Source: Corallochytrium limacisporum Hawaii | Taxonomy: Eukaryota; Protista; Pluriformea | Length of the DNA stretch: 55,283 nucleotides | Reading direction: 5' to 3' | Assembly: GCA_002811645.1 (NCBI GenBank) | Contig: PDIP01000030.1 | Span: 329,236-384,518 of the forward strand | In this document: positions 22,624-32,445 of the stretch, in pieces | Numbering within the stretch: position 1 is the first letter of the stretch | How the letters are laid out: each line of letters begins with the position of its first letter | Program-made: the position numbers and the translations under genes | The notes under the pieces: generated by a model | Database searches by the model: none | Told to the model about the DNA's origin: nothing | The model's input: the letters and a program-made list of their open reading frames with translations, nothing else

Positions 22624-22752
22624 AAAAAAAAACCGAGGTAAAAGGGATCAAGCACACCGGATACTAGACAGGTTTTGGACTTGAAACAATTGGGAAGATC
22701 ACGATCAATGCAAAGCTCAGAAGTCAAGATGACAAGAAGTCAAGGCTAGAAC

Positions 22753-22844
22753 ATTCAGCTCCCTCCGTAGGTGTTAACCTAATCAGGTTCAAAGAGTATT
22801 TCTCAGCTGTGCCCAACAAAAAGACACAGCACCCCTGCTGATAC
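22753..22844 (-). promoter_or_regulatory. TPP riboswitch aptamer A2 (expanded P3 loop)
   Basis: Same core as A1. P3 is GCUGUGUC-UUUUUGUUG-GGCACAGC and the 5' side reads CAGCAGGGGUGC. Confidence 0.92.
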
Positions 22845-22955
22845 AATAGCCAAGGTAAGGGTCCTTACCAGACTTGAAAACTTGAACTAGAATCATCTGC
22901 AAGATCATGGATCAGAACAGCTTAACAGAAAGTACAACACGATTTCGGTTAAAAA

Positions 22956-23042
22956 GATTCAGCTCCCTCCGTAGGTGTTAACCTAATCAGGTTCAAAGAG
23001 TATTTCTCAGCTGTGCCAGAGACACAGCACCCCCGCTGATAC
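22956..23042 (-). promoter_or_regulatory. TPP riboswitch aptamer A1 (first after the stop codon)
   Basis: Minus strand: GUAUCAGC GGGGGU GCUGUGUC-UCU-GGCACAGC UGAGAAAU ACUCUUUGAA CCU GAU UAGG-UUAACA-CCUA CGG AGG GA GCUGA AUC. Has P1 UCAGC/GCUGA, P2, P3 hairpin, UGAGA J3/2, P4 CCU/AGG, P5 UAGG/CCUA with UAA loop and CG in J5/4. Confidence 0.93.
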
Positions 23043-23085
23043 AAAAAAAAGACCGAGGTAAAAGGGATCAAGCACACCGGATACT

Positions 23086-24621
23086 TCACATATCGTAGTC
23101 TGTCTCAGATGGGTCACGCTTCCTGCTCTTGTTCACAAAGTAGTGAATGAATGTAAGCATCGCTACACCGCCCTGAATCACACCGTAGCTGACGAAGCGG
23201 TTGTACGTGCTGGCACCCTTCTGGTTCTCTACGAATTGTAGCAGAGATTGCAGAGCGACCGAAATGAACATGTTAACGGCAAACACGAGAGCAAAGTCTT
23301 TCTGACCCTTCCTTTGCATCATGATGGCCACACCGGCGGCGAAATGGGCAAGCAAGAAGTAGGAGACTGCCTCAAAGATGACGTAGGCAGTGAGGTAGGC
23401 TCCTGGGTTGGGCATCCAGGCCTGGATGAAGAGCAAGGCCGCAGCAATCAGTTGCAACACACCAATCAAGATGGACACATTGGGGCGCATGAGACGCTCA
23501 CCGAAGTGACCAGGCAAGAGACCGGTCACACCACCGAGACCCCAGCCAAGACAGGACACAGCTCCATTCAGTCTCAGTTCGGGATTGCGTTCCTGCCAAA
23601 TGGAAGCACCGTAGCCCTCGCACATCATGATACTAAGGTAGGTCAGACTCCATTGAATAGACCACATGCTATTGTCGAAGGTGCTGTAGCAGACTTTCAG
23701 GGTGGTCCAGAACTCCACGGCCAATTCTTTCGGAGTCCGTCTCTTGTTGGGGGGCGGCACAGCGGCGGCGTCGAGGTCGGGGCTACCAGAGGCAGCTTCG
23801 ATGAAGCTCACACGTTCCTCAAAACGAGACGGTAGTTCCTTAGCCTGCACACCGTTCTTTGCGTTGCCTTCATCCGCGTACCTGGAAATGTCAACATCCT
23901 CATCGCTGCTAGTCTTACGAAGAGCGATAGCCTCACGAGCTTCGTCCTTCTTGCCCTTCGACAGAGAGGCAGAGGACTCGGATACTTGAAAAGTAGAGAG
24001 TTTCGCCGAACCAATGATGCGGACCATGACAAAGATTGCAATGGAGAGTGCAGCGGCAACGCAGATGCTAGCCAGAGAAATCTGCATGAGCACATACAAG
24101 TTGATATCATCGAGACTGACCAGTAGCTGTCCCAAAAGACTTCCAATCAAATGACTGAAGAGACCAGTGCCGTTGACCATACCGGTCAAAGTTTGGAAGA
24201 TATGGTGCGGGAAGAAACGGTAGAGGATAGTGTCAAACGCCACTTTTCCTGACTCGGCCAGACCAAAAGTAACCTGCATGAGCTGCATGTGCCACAACTC
24301 GGTACCGTACAACAACAACAGACGGGTGGCCATCTGACCAACGCAAACGCTAATCATTAGCACCAGCTCATAGCCCAAAATCTCGGCTGTCAGGCCCACC
24401 AATGGCAGAAAGACAAGCCATGCGTAAGTGTACACGGTGTAAATGTCATTGTTGATTTGATCCATGGTGAATCCCTTGTTTTCGTTGAGGTAAGTAGTAA
24501 TGTACGGTTCCGAAGGCTTCATTTCGTGAAAGAACCCAAGGGAAATCACCAACACAACCAGCCACCTTAGGTAAGTGTTGGTGTAGGAGTACAACTCCTT
24601 CAGATCTTGTTTAAGTCCCAT
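23086..24621 (-). CDS. SLC19A: SLC19 / reduced folate carrier family transporter, probably a thiamine transporter
   Basis: 'LGFFHEMKPSEPYITTYL...INNDIYTVYTYAWL', 'MQLMQVTFGLA', 'LIGSLLGQLLVS', 'LNGAV' and 'FALVFAVNMFISVALQSLL' match SLC19A1/2/3 signature segments. ~12 TM with a large central loop. The TPP aptamers downstream point to thiamine as substrate (inference). Confidence 0.92.
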   Translation of the reverse strand: MGLKQDLKELYSYTNTYLRWLVVLVISLGFFHEMKPSEPYITTYLNENKGFTMDQINNDIYTVYTYAWLVFLPLVGLTAEILGYELVLMISVCVGQMATRLLLLYGTELWHMQLMQVTFGLAESGKVAFDTILYRFFPHHIFQTLTGMVNGTGLFSHLIGSLLGQLLVSLDDINLYVLMQISLASICVAAALSIAIFVMVRIIGSAKLSTFQVSESSASLSKGKKDEAREAIALRKTSSDEDVDISRYADEGNAKNGVQAKELPSRFEERVSFIEAASGSPDLDAAAVPPPNKRRTPKELAVEFWTTLKVCYSTFDNSMWSIQWSLTYLSIMMCEGYGASIWQERNPELRLNGAVSCLGWGLGGVTGLLPGHFGERLMRPNVSILIGVLQLIAAALLFIQAWMPNPGAYLTAYVIFEAVSYFLLAHFAAGVAIMMQRKGQKDFALVFAVNMFISVALQSLLQFVENQKGASTYNRFVSYGVIQGGVAMLTFIHYFVNKSRKRDPSETDYDM

Positions 24622-27600
24622 AATGAATGATTAGTTTCTTCTTTCAAGCGGTTCAATTTTCTTAAACAACGCTTGCTGTTCCCGTTATTAGTCTACAAGA
24701 AAAAACCTATTACGTCATATAAGTTTTTCCTCTAACTAGATTGTTCTTTGTCTGAGATTGACAGATTCACTGGGAAACAGTTTTAAATACCAACTAGCAT
24801 GGATTCTCACGGGTTTTAATGACTTTGTGCTCCATGAGGGGCATCGGACTCAACGCCTTCCACAGAAGTGCGGGTTCAGGTGCAGCTGCACAAGGTATAC
24901 GGGACTGTGGCTGCCCCCCGGGGGGGAGCACCGCAGGGAATGTGTGTATATATGAGTGAGAGTGTGTGTGTGCGTCTGTGCGAGCCTGTGGGCTGCGTCA
25001 CCCTCGGTGGTACAGGAACCAAAGGGGCAGACGGGAAGGAAATAGACCAGAGAGGGGGGGGGGAGGAGGGGAGGGGAGGGCCGGGGGTGTGGCTCCCGAT
25101 CGAAGCCTCGCAGAGCGAATAAAGATTTCCTCCCTCCTTCCCCCTTCCCCTCCGCGCAACTCCTCACACCCACACCGCCGTCCCTCCGTTCCCTACGGCT
25201 CTCCCCCTGTGACTTCCCACGCACTGGCACCAACTCCGCCGAAGACTGTCGCTAGTGTCGTATATTTTTGATAGAAATCAGAGTTCTGGGGCTTACCGAC
25301 ACCACCCCCCGGGAAAGGTGTCCCATGTTCTTGTTGATATAACATATTTATGTGAGTTCTCGTTCCCATTGAGTCTTGCGGAGACGGAAGAGACACTGTG
25401 ACGTTGGACTGTACAACCAGAATCCATCACAAGTTCGGCATTGTACGCATGGAGAGTAAAGCGCGAGCGAGCCCAGGGTAACCGCCATCATGTTCTTGAT
25501 GAAGCATTCCCGGGCATGCTCTCTGGCTGCTCCCACTTAATGTACGTCAGAGGCATCCGACAGAGGGGAGTGTGGAGGAGACACAAGGGAGCTGTGGGGA
25601 GAGGTCACATCGTGAGCGGGAGGGAGTTATGGAGAACCCTATCGATGCGCCCATGCGCGTTATGTTTACGGGAGACCGAAACTTCACAGTGCATGGGAGA
25701 CAGTCGCAGAGAGCTGGCAAAGGCGACTGAGGGCCGCCAACGTATGTGTGCGTACATGGCGCGGAAATACCATGGTAGTGCTGATTCCCCTAGTACCATT
25801 GGATCCTTTTGCTGACCTATATAGACCGCGCAATAGATAGCGCAGGCTGCGGGCGCCCTTTACCGTGACCCACCGACCGTGAATGGATTTATGCATGGAC
25901 AATACGCGAATAGTCGATTTGAACGGTCGTGAGGTTCACGGATGTGCGTGTTGGATGGCTTTGCGCGGAATTTCCTTAGACGTGTTGCGTGCTGAGCACC
26001 GAATGCGGAACAATGATTTGAGTCCTGCAACTGCTCGAACCTTGTGATGAACTGCTCTGCTGATCATTAATCACAGGTAGTGGCTGCGTAATGGATACGT
26101 AACATGGATAGTAATAATTGAAATGATCATGTGCATGTGCCGATGTAATTGCCAAGGTCCTCTGATATGTTTACGGAGAGGATGAAGAAACGGATGATGC
26201 TTATGGAAACACACCACAAAAAGTCCAGGGTCCACATCGGAGCCGCCTCCGTCAAGTAAATTTTTTTTCCATTTGTTTCCTCGTTCGTTGCTGTTTCAGG
26301 AATGTGCCATACATTCAATACTGACATTAAGAGAGCTGCCCCGTCCAATCGAAACAGTCGAGAGTGAGAAAGGCGGGCTCGAGTGAGCGAACGGCAGGTG
26401 TGTGAGCGGGAGAGGGAAAATACCATCGCCTACCATCACCGATCGTTGGTAGTGTGTAGAAACGAGCGCCGCAAAAGGGAAGAAATATTAGGGATACGAA
26501 ACGGAAGCTTCCGGGTGTGCGGGCGATTGGAGGTAAAAAAAAAGGTGAGGAGACGGGCGTCCCCGGAGGGGAGGGGGGGAGTGGGGAGCCCCCGGGTCAA
26601 GGAGGGGAGAAATACCTAAACTCAAGAGAGGCCCTAACTCGGAGATGAGAAACAAAAAAAGTGGCTCGAAACCGACCAGTTTCCGGCGATGGACAGAGCA
26701 TGCAGGATAAAACGGAACCCGCACAGGACCCCTCCCCCCCCCACCCAAACCGGACCGTTTAAAATTTGGTTTCGGTGGAAGAAAGCGCATGGGGGTGAGA
26801 ATATGGGCCATGCGCACGGGGACACAGCAGTGTCAGTTTTTCTTTCTTTTTTATTAAAAAAATACAAGATACAGAGTGTTCGGATCATCGCGCGCTGGTG
26901 CGGCCCCGATGCGTAACGGCGATGCATAGGGGTACACACGCAGCAAGGCAGAGCAGGAATGGTGTGAAAAAAAAATCCGCATTTTTGGTGAACGCACGCT
27001 TTGTCATCAGCGTTCGTCGCGTAACTCTTTGGACAAATTTGAGAGGTTGCTGCGCTTGTGCGGGACATCTTGTCGTGCATGGGACCGTTTATTTTGTGTA
27101 TTAGAGCACTGGAAAAGAATGCACGAGGAGGAAGTTTGGAATCGTGCTTCGGCACGCTCGGACGATGGCGTGCGGCTTCCGGCGCAGCAGCCACACAGTG
27201 CTGTCCCAGTGCGAGTGACACTCCACACTTGCGCAAGAGTTTCCAAAATTTGCGGTCGATGGGGTGGCGCAGGGGCTCAGAAGGGGGGGTGGGGGGGCCT
27301 AAGTTGGCCGCGCCGGCGAGACTGCGGACCCTATAGTACTAGTATGAGACCCATTTTCATAAATTTCCGTATATATCGAACATACAGTACGAAAGCATAA
27401 TTAGCTTCCAGTGAACCTGTAGTGTGTGCAGCGGAGTATATAGATAAAGCGGGTCTCACTGGGGGGGGGGACCCGGGGGGGTCTCGAAATTGGCGCGAAC
27501 CCTACTACCCGAGCGGGCAGCAGATGGAGGCAAAAAGAAAGAAGGAGGGGGGGTACTTTGGGATGTGCGCAGGACCGGCCGCTGTGATAGATCCGGGTTG

Positions 27601-27688
27601 GTGCCATGATGCTCGAGACGAGCCGGACGGGACTATCTGGGAGGACCAGGTTACCATGAGGTAACTGGATATCCTTATTCGTGTGAAA

Positions 27689-29287
27689 ATGCCCCGTGAA
27701 AAGAGGCCGACTCGCACAAGCTTCGGCTTTATGGGACGAATGGGAGAGGTGCCAGGTGTGATATGCGACCACTTTGAAACAAGGGATCATTTGCGAGCAG
27801 GCAGTGATCCTCCGATTTTTTTCCTATCCCATGTCCATAATGATCACCTAGTGGGTATGAACTCACTTGGACGGTACATTCTGCGGGAAAGCCGCCAATG
27901 GAACAATAAGGACATCACCGTCTACGGCACTCAGCAGTCCAAGGACATGTTGCTTGCTATGTCCCAGGAAGAGCGTATTGCAGTCGGAAAGATCATGAAG
28001 CCGATTGACATAGAGGATCCAATGATCCTGTATCTATCAAGCGGTATCACACTGCGAGTGACTGCAATAGATGCCGAGCACTGTCCCGGGTCAGTAATGT
28101 TCCTCTTTGAGAGTTCGGACCGACGAACAGTTCTGTACACAGGGGATTTCCGATACTGCTCACGGAATCGACTGCCCAAGTCTTTACAAGAGATCGCAGG
28201 AAACATAGATGCAGTTTATCTCGATACGACCTTTGCAGAGCCCAAGTACTTCAAACGGATTCCACCACGGGAGGAGAGCATCGCAGCCACGGTTGAGGTG
28301 CTTCTGAAACACACGAGGTTTGTCATGGCCCAAGAAGACACTGGCTGGTGTGTACAGGCAGCATGTCCCCTTCATCCCATGGATATTTGGTTCAGCCGTG
28401 GTACAGGTTACGGCTACGAGACCTACATGATGGGCATTAGTGATCTACTGAGCAAGGTGTGTGGCCACCGCCACCTGATCCATGTCGAATCCAACGTGTT
28501 TGAACGGTACAGAACCATGCCAAATTTCCAAAGCTACTTGACCAAAGACAGCAGTAAGGCCACCCTGCATGCCTGTTGCCAACAACGCTGTCCCCGGCTG
28601 GCCCAGCGCGACAAATACGTTGAGATCATCACCAGTACTATCTTCTTTGCCCACAGTCGAAACATGATGCCACCTCGGGGTGCACTCATGCGCGAGGAAG
28701 GGACAATCCACGTCGCTTTCAGCATGCATTGTGACATGCTGGAATTGCTGCACTTTATCAAGCACCTGAGACCGAATCGTGTACATCCCTGCGTGGTGCC
28801 GTATGGAGGCCGCAGTAAGCGGGAGGTTACAGAACTGTTTGCGCCGTATTGCAGTACCGCTCGGGCCAATTCACCTCACAAGACAGTTCCTGCGACTCGG
28901 CCACTTGGTCAGTATAACATGGCCAAAGTTCAGGCTGCAGCAGAGTTCCTGGCAGAAAAGGCCCTGGGAGCTGGACATCATGAGCGTAAGAAACAACGTA
29001 CACTGACCGATAGTCAACCTAATGTGACAGCAGGCAGATCGTCACGGGACCCAAAGACGACAGTGGCAATGCGGTCGTCAGCCCCTTCCGGCACGACCAA
29101 CTTTGTCGCTCTAAATTTTGGTTTCTCTCAGTCTACCACCAGCGCCGTGGTGCAGGCACCCCGGGTCTTCAGAAACTCTTTAAAGGGTGCCCCAGTGTCT
29201 CCAGCCACCGCCAAGAATCGTGGAGGGTGTTCCGAGCAACGGTTTCGCGAGCTCATGCACCTTTTCTCCACATCACCCCAACAATGA
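27689..29287 (+). CDS. DCLRE1C: Artemis-like (SNM1C) metallo-beta-lactamase/beta-CASP nuclease
   Basis: FLSHVHNDHLVG (HxHxDH), HCPGSVMFLF, VLYTGDFR, VYLDTTF..P...IPPREE, GYGYE and FSMH. The N-terminus (FMGRMGEVPGVICDHF) and GYE/MP..L segments resemble Artemis more than SNM1A/B. Disordered C-terminal tail. Confidence 0.88.
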   Translation: MPREKRPTRTSFGFMGRMGEVPGVICDHFETRDHLRAGSDPPIFFLSHVHNDHLVGMNSLGRYILRESRQWNNKDITVYGTQQSKDMLLAMSQEERIAVGKIMKPIDIEDPMILYLSSGITLRVTAIDAEHCPGSVMFLFESSDRRTVLYTGDFRYCSRNRLPKSLQEIAGNIDAVYLDTTFAEPKYFKRIPPREESIAATVEVLLKHTRFVMAQEDTGWCVQAACPLHPMDIWFSRGTGYGYETYMMGISDLLSKVCGHRHLIHVESNVFERYRTMPNFQSYLTKDSSKATLHACCQQRCPRLAQRDKYVEIITSTIFFAHSRNMMPPRGALMREEGTIHVAFSMHCDMLELLHFIKHLRPNRVHPCVVPYGGRSKREVTELFAPYCSTARANSPHKTVPATRPLGQYNMAKVQAAAEFLAEKALGAGHHERKKQRTLTDSQPNVTAGRSSRDPKTTVAMRSSAPSGTTNFVALNFGFSQSTTSAVVQAPRVFRNSLKGAPVSPATAKNRGGCSEQRFRELMHLFSTSPQQ

Positions 29288-32200
29288 CTGATATGGGAGT
29301 CTATTTTTCCTCACCACTGTTTTAGTAATATTGATTATATATCTCCTAGTTGCATTTGTAAATGCTCAATACTATGAATCCATTGAAAATCAATTCCATG
29401 AGGTCCGTCCCGGGCGAGTCCAGAGTGCCTCTTTAGCCCATGCGGTCCAATTTTATTTTGCCTGGTGTCCCCTGGAAAAGACTGCTAACTCAACTGTTTC
29501 CCGCCAAAAGATCCTCCCTGCAAAATGAAGAACGGACTGACCATTTGCCCCGGTTTCACATGCATTTCATTCTTGTCAGAGTTATTCACTGGATCACAAA
29601 GCCAATGCCACTTCCAACTTTTTTGCTGCCTCGAGTACTGTTTGTCTCGGGCAGGCCCCAACCCAAAATCCCCTAACTGTCCCACCGGATAGAAGAATCG
29701 ATGAGAATGAAAGGTAAAATATCAAAAGATTGAGTCTAATTTTAGTATCATATGATTATATGTATTTTATGTGCGACCCCGTCTATCGCTTAGGCGTTTG
29801 CGATGGTTTCAGTAATGAGTATATTACGCGATCGAGGAGGTCGGGGGCTCACAATACGCCCCTCAACTACCAAGTGGTTTGACAATGCGCGTCCCAATTG
29901 CTTTAGTATGCCATAATTAAACCACACCACACGGAAGAGTCGTAAAGTGGAGGATCGCGTGGTACCCCCGTGTGGCTGTTCTCTGTACCCTTGACCTTTC
30001 TGTCCGCTCTGTTTCAGGTTCTCGTAGCTCAGGTGTGTGTACTGGACGTTTTCCGTACCAAGTTAGTTGCAAACTGACATGGAGCAGGACCGCGGTAGGG
30101 TGGGACATTGCAAAAGACGCTCTACATATCATGTGGTTACCTCCTAGTCCTATGATGTCGATGGGAACCGGAACCCTCTTGCTGATGGGAGTTCTCTGGT
30201 CAACTCCGTCTGCTTGACCAGGATGCTCATCTCCTTCATCTCTGACCACCTTCGTTTATCGGCTTCCCGCGTCCTCCACTGCCGAAGGGAGCGAACAATC
30301 TGTCGGGACTCAGCGAAAGGGAGATGACAGGTAGCGTATCCCTTGTCCACACTGAATGTATGACAAAAGCCGTACCTATCAACACCGCTATCAATCCCAT
30401 CAATCTCACCTGTCTCATCCTCCTATCAATCTTCCGTAGATTGGTTGTGAGGGATTACTTCATCAACCCAACCCCCACGGAAGTCAGTATTTGGTCGGTC
30501 TACCTGCTTTTTTTCCTTTTGTGTAGTCGTGGGTTTTCATACTAAACATATGAAAGTTGCTCATGGAATTGAACGCAATCAGGCATGTCGAAGCGTCATC
30601 ATGATGACACACACACCCACGCCCACAATCTCTGCCGGTGGTGTTTCACTCCAATTTGCCTTGTTCCAGTGCCTGTGGTCAGCTCTTGTTTGTTTGAGCA
30701 GATCGTGGCGCGGTTGCCAACGCACACCCATTCAAAATACACCACAGAGACCCTTCTTCGACAAGCGGGAGCGAGGGCGAGAGAGCAAGCGCCGAAAGAG
30801 AGTGAGGAAGGACGCGCAATGGGGACAGTAGGGAGGAAGTCTTCAAAATCTCTCGCTGATAATTTCTCCTTCCGACAGTTCAGCTGCGGAAAGCCAACCG
30901 GCGGGATCGGGTACCCTGGTAAGCTCTCTCCCTTGGTCATCTACACTCATCTTTACTTCCAAGCGCGCGCGCGGGTTTTACCGCCGCTCGGGTGGTCGGG
31001 AGCATGCAGCACATTCCGGCGGTGTCCTCCAATCCAGCAGTATGCCCAGGCCGTAGATGATAAGTGCAGGTCGCTTCTCGATCTCTCTTGCCCCACCGAT
31101 TACAAGGAGGAGATGTAAGCAAGGAGCCGTACTCATGGCTGGGGAACTGCTTGCCATGGCTTGTGCAGCCGTCAGAAAGGAACTCGGAGTTAGGTCAGAC
31201 AAAATCAATGCCCAGTGTCCCTTTGGACTGGATCTCCTACGAACTCGTCAATTGAAAAATTTTAGCCAGTCTCAGTAGGTAAACTTCCGCTTCCCTGCAA
31301 TCCCACAATGCTTTAGGCTAGGTAAGTGAACGGAGCATTTCGGATCAGGCTATGGTTTCTTGTCCTCATTTCATTCCGCCCTCCCTTAAAAGCGAACTGT
31401 CATTTTGGGACACAGGTGCCCGGGTTCTATTGTCATGGAGAATCCGTGAAGACGAGCTGGGTGAGCTTACACGCACAGCACTTAGTTGATGAAGTCAGCC
31501 ATGCCAGCCACAAGGGCAAGCAGTAGTCGTCAATCCCCTTGCTTGTCTGAGAGAGACGGAGACGTACTTCATCCCCGACGCGTGGTGATGCGAACGTGTG
31601 TCGATAGAACCACCACGGAATTGTTTTCTTTGTAGAAACTAAGACTGTTCGCATTTATTGAATCATCCCCTCGTCACACCACCGGCCTCACCACCAGCAA
31701 TCTACCGTACATAGTACATCGCTATGGTAAATCCCCATGTGTTTGTTTTGCATATACCTGTACATATGTCAAAATAGTTAACATTGTTTCCTAAGCATGG
31801 TAAAACGCGTGTTCGTGTCCCACTCACCCACATACACATACACACACGCAGCACACACTCACACAGAAAGCCATTTTACTCCGTACACTCCGGGAACCCA
31901 CGCTTCAGTGATTCTTGTTGATCAGCCCTCCTTCGCGTGGTAGAAGCACACAGTTGCACGGTGGTGGAGTTTCTGTGCATTCCGGCACGTACGTGTACCA
32001 CCACATACCTCGGGATTATTTCCCAAAAAGCACACGCCTCGCCAAGAGAAAACTGTCCCCTTTCGTGCCAGGTTCAATTGGGCTGGCGTCCCTCTGGGCA
32101 TTAATTCATTCATTGTTCCCGTTCGGACACGGAAGAAAAAGAAAAAAAAAAGAAAAGAGAGAGAGTGCGAGAGAGTGGCAAGACACACACCCTGCCCAAG

Positions 32201-32445
32201 AGAGAAAAGTGTGAAATTGGTGAACCGGGGGGAGGGGTATGAGGGGGCGGGCGAGAAGAAACTTTTAGACACGGCCGAACAGAGAACACAGAAGAATTAT
32301 AACTGAAAGGCATCGAATGAAATTCCTGAACCGTTCTCGGAGGAAGGCGAGGAGAGGCCCCGGCACATAGTTCAGCAACCAATCTAAGTTTTCTTTTTTG
32401 GCCAAGTGGGTGGGGGAGGGCGGATAGGGAGAGGCGGGGGGGGGG

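Larger units (their letters stand above)
21950..23042 (-). repeat. Tandem array of TPP riboswitch aptamers (~200-215 nt period) in the putative 3' UTR of the SLC19 transporter
   Basis: An ~87-nt unit appears six times (one truncated by the gap at 22453-22552), separated by diverged 110-130 nt spacers. Confidence 0.93.

Noticed and set aside
21950-23042. Repeat-spacer pattern as a CRISPR array
   Set aside because: Repeats (~87 nt) and spacers (110-130 nt) are too long, spacers share homologous motifs, there are no cas genes, the context is eukaryotic, and the repeat is fully explained as a TPP aptamer.
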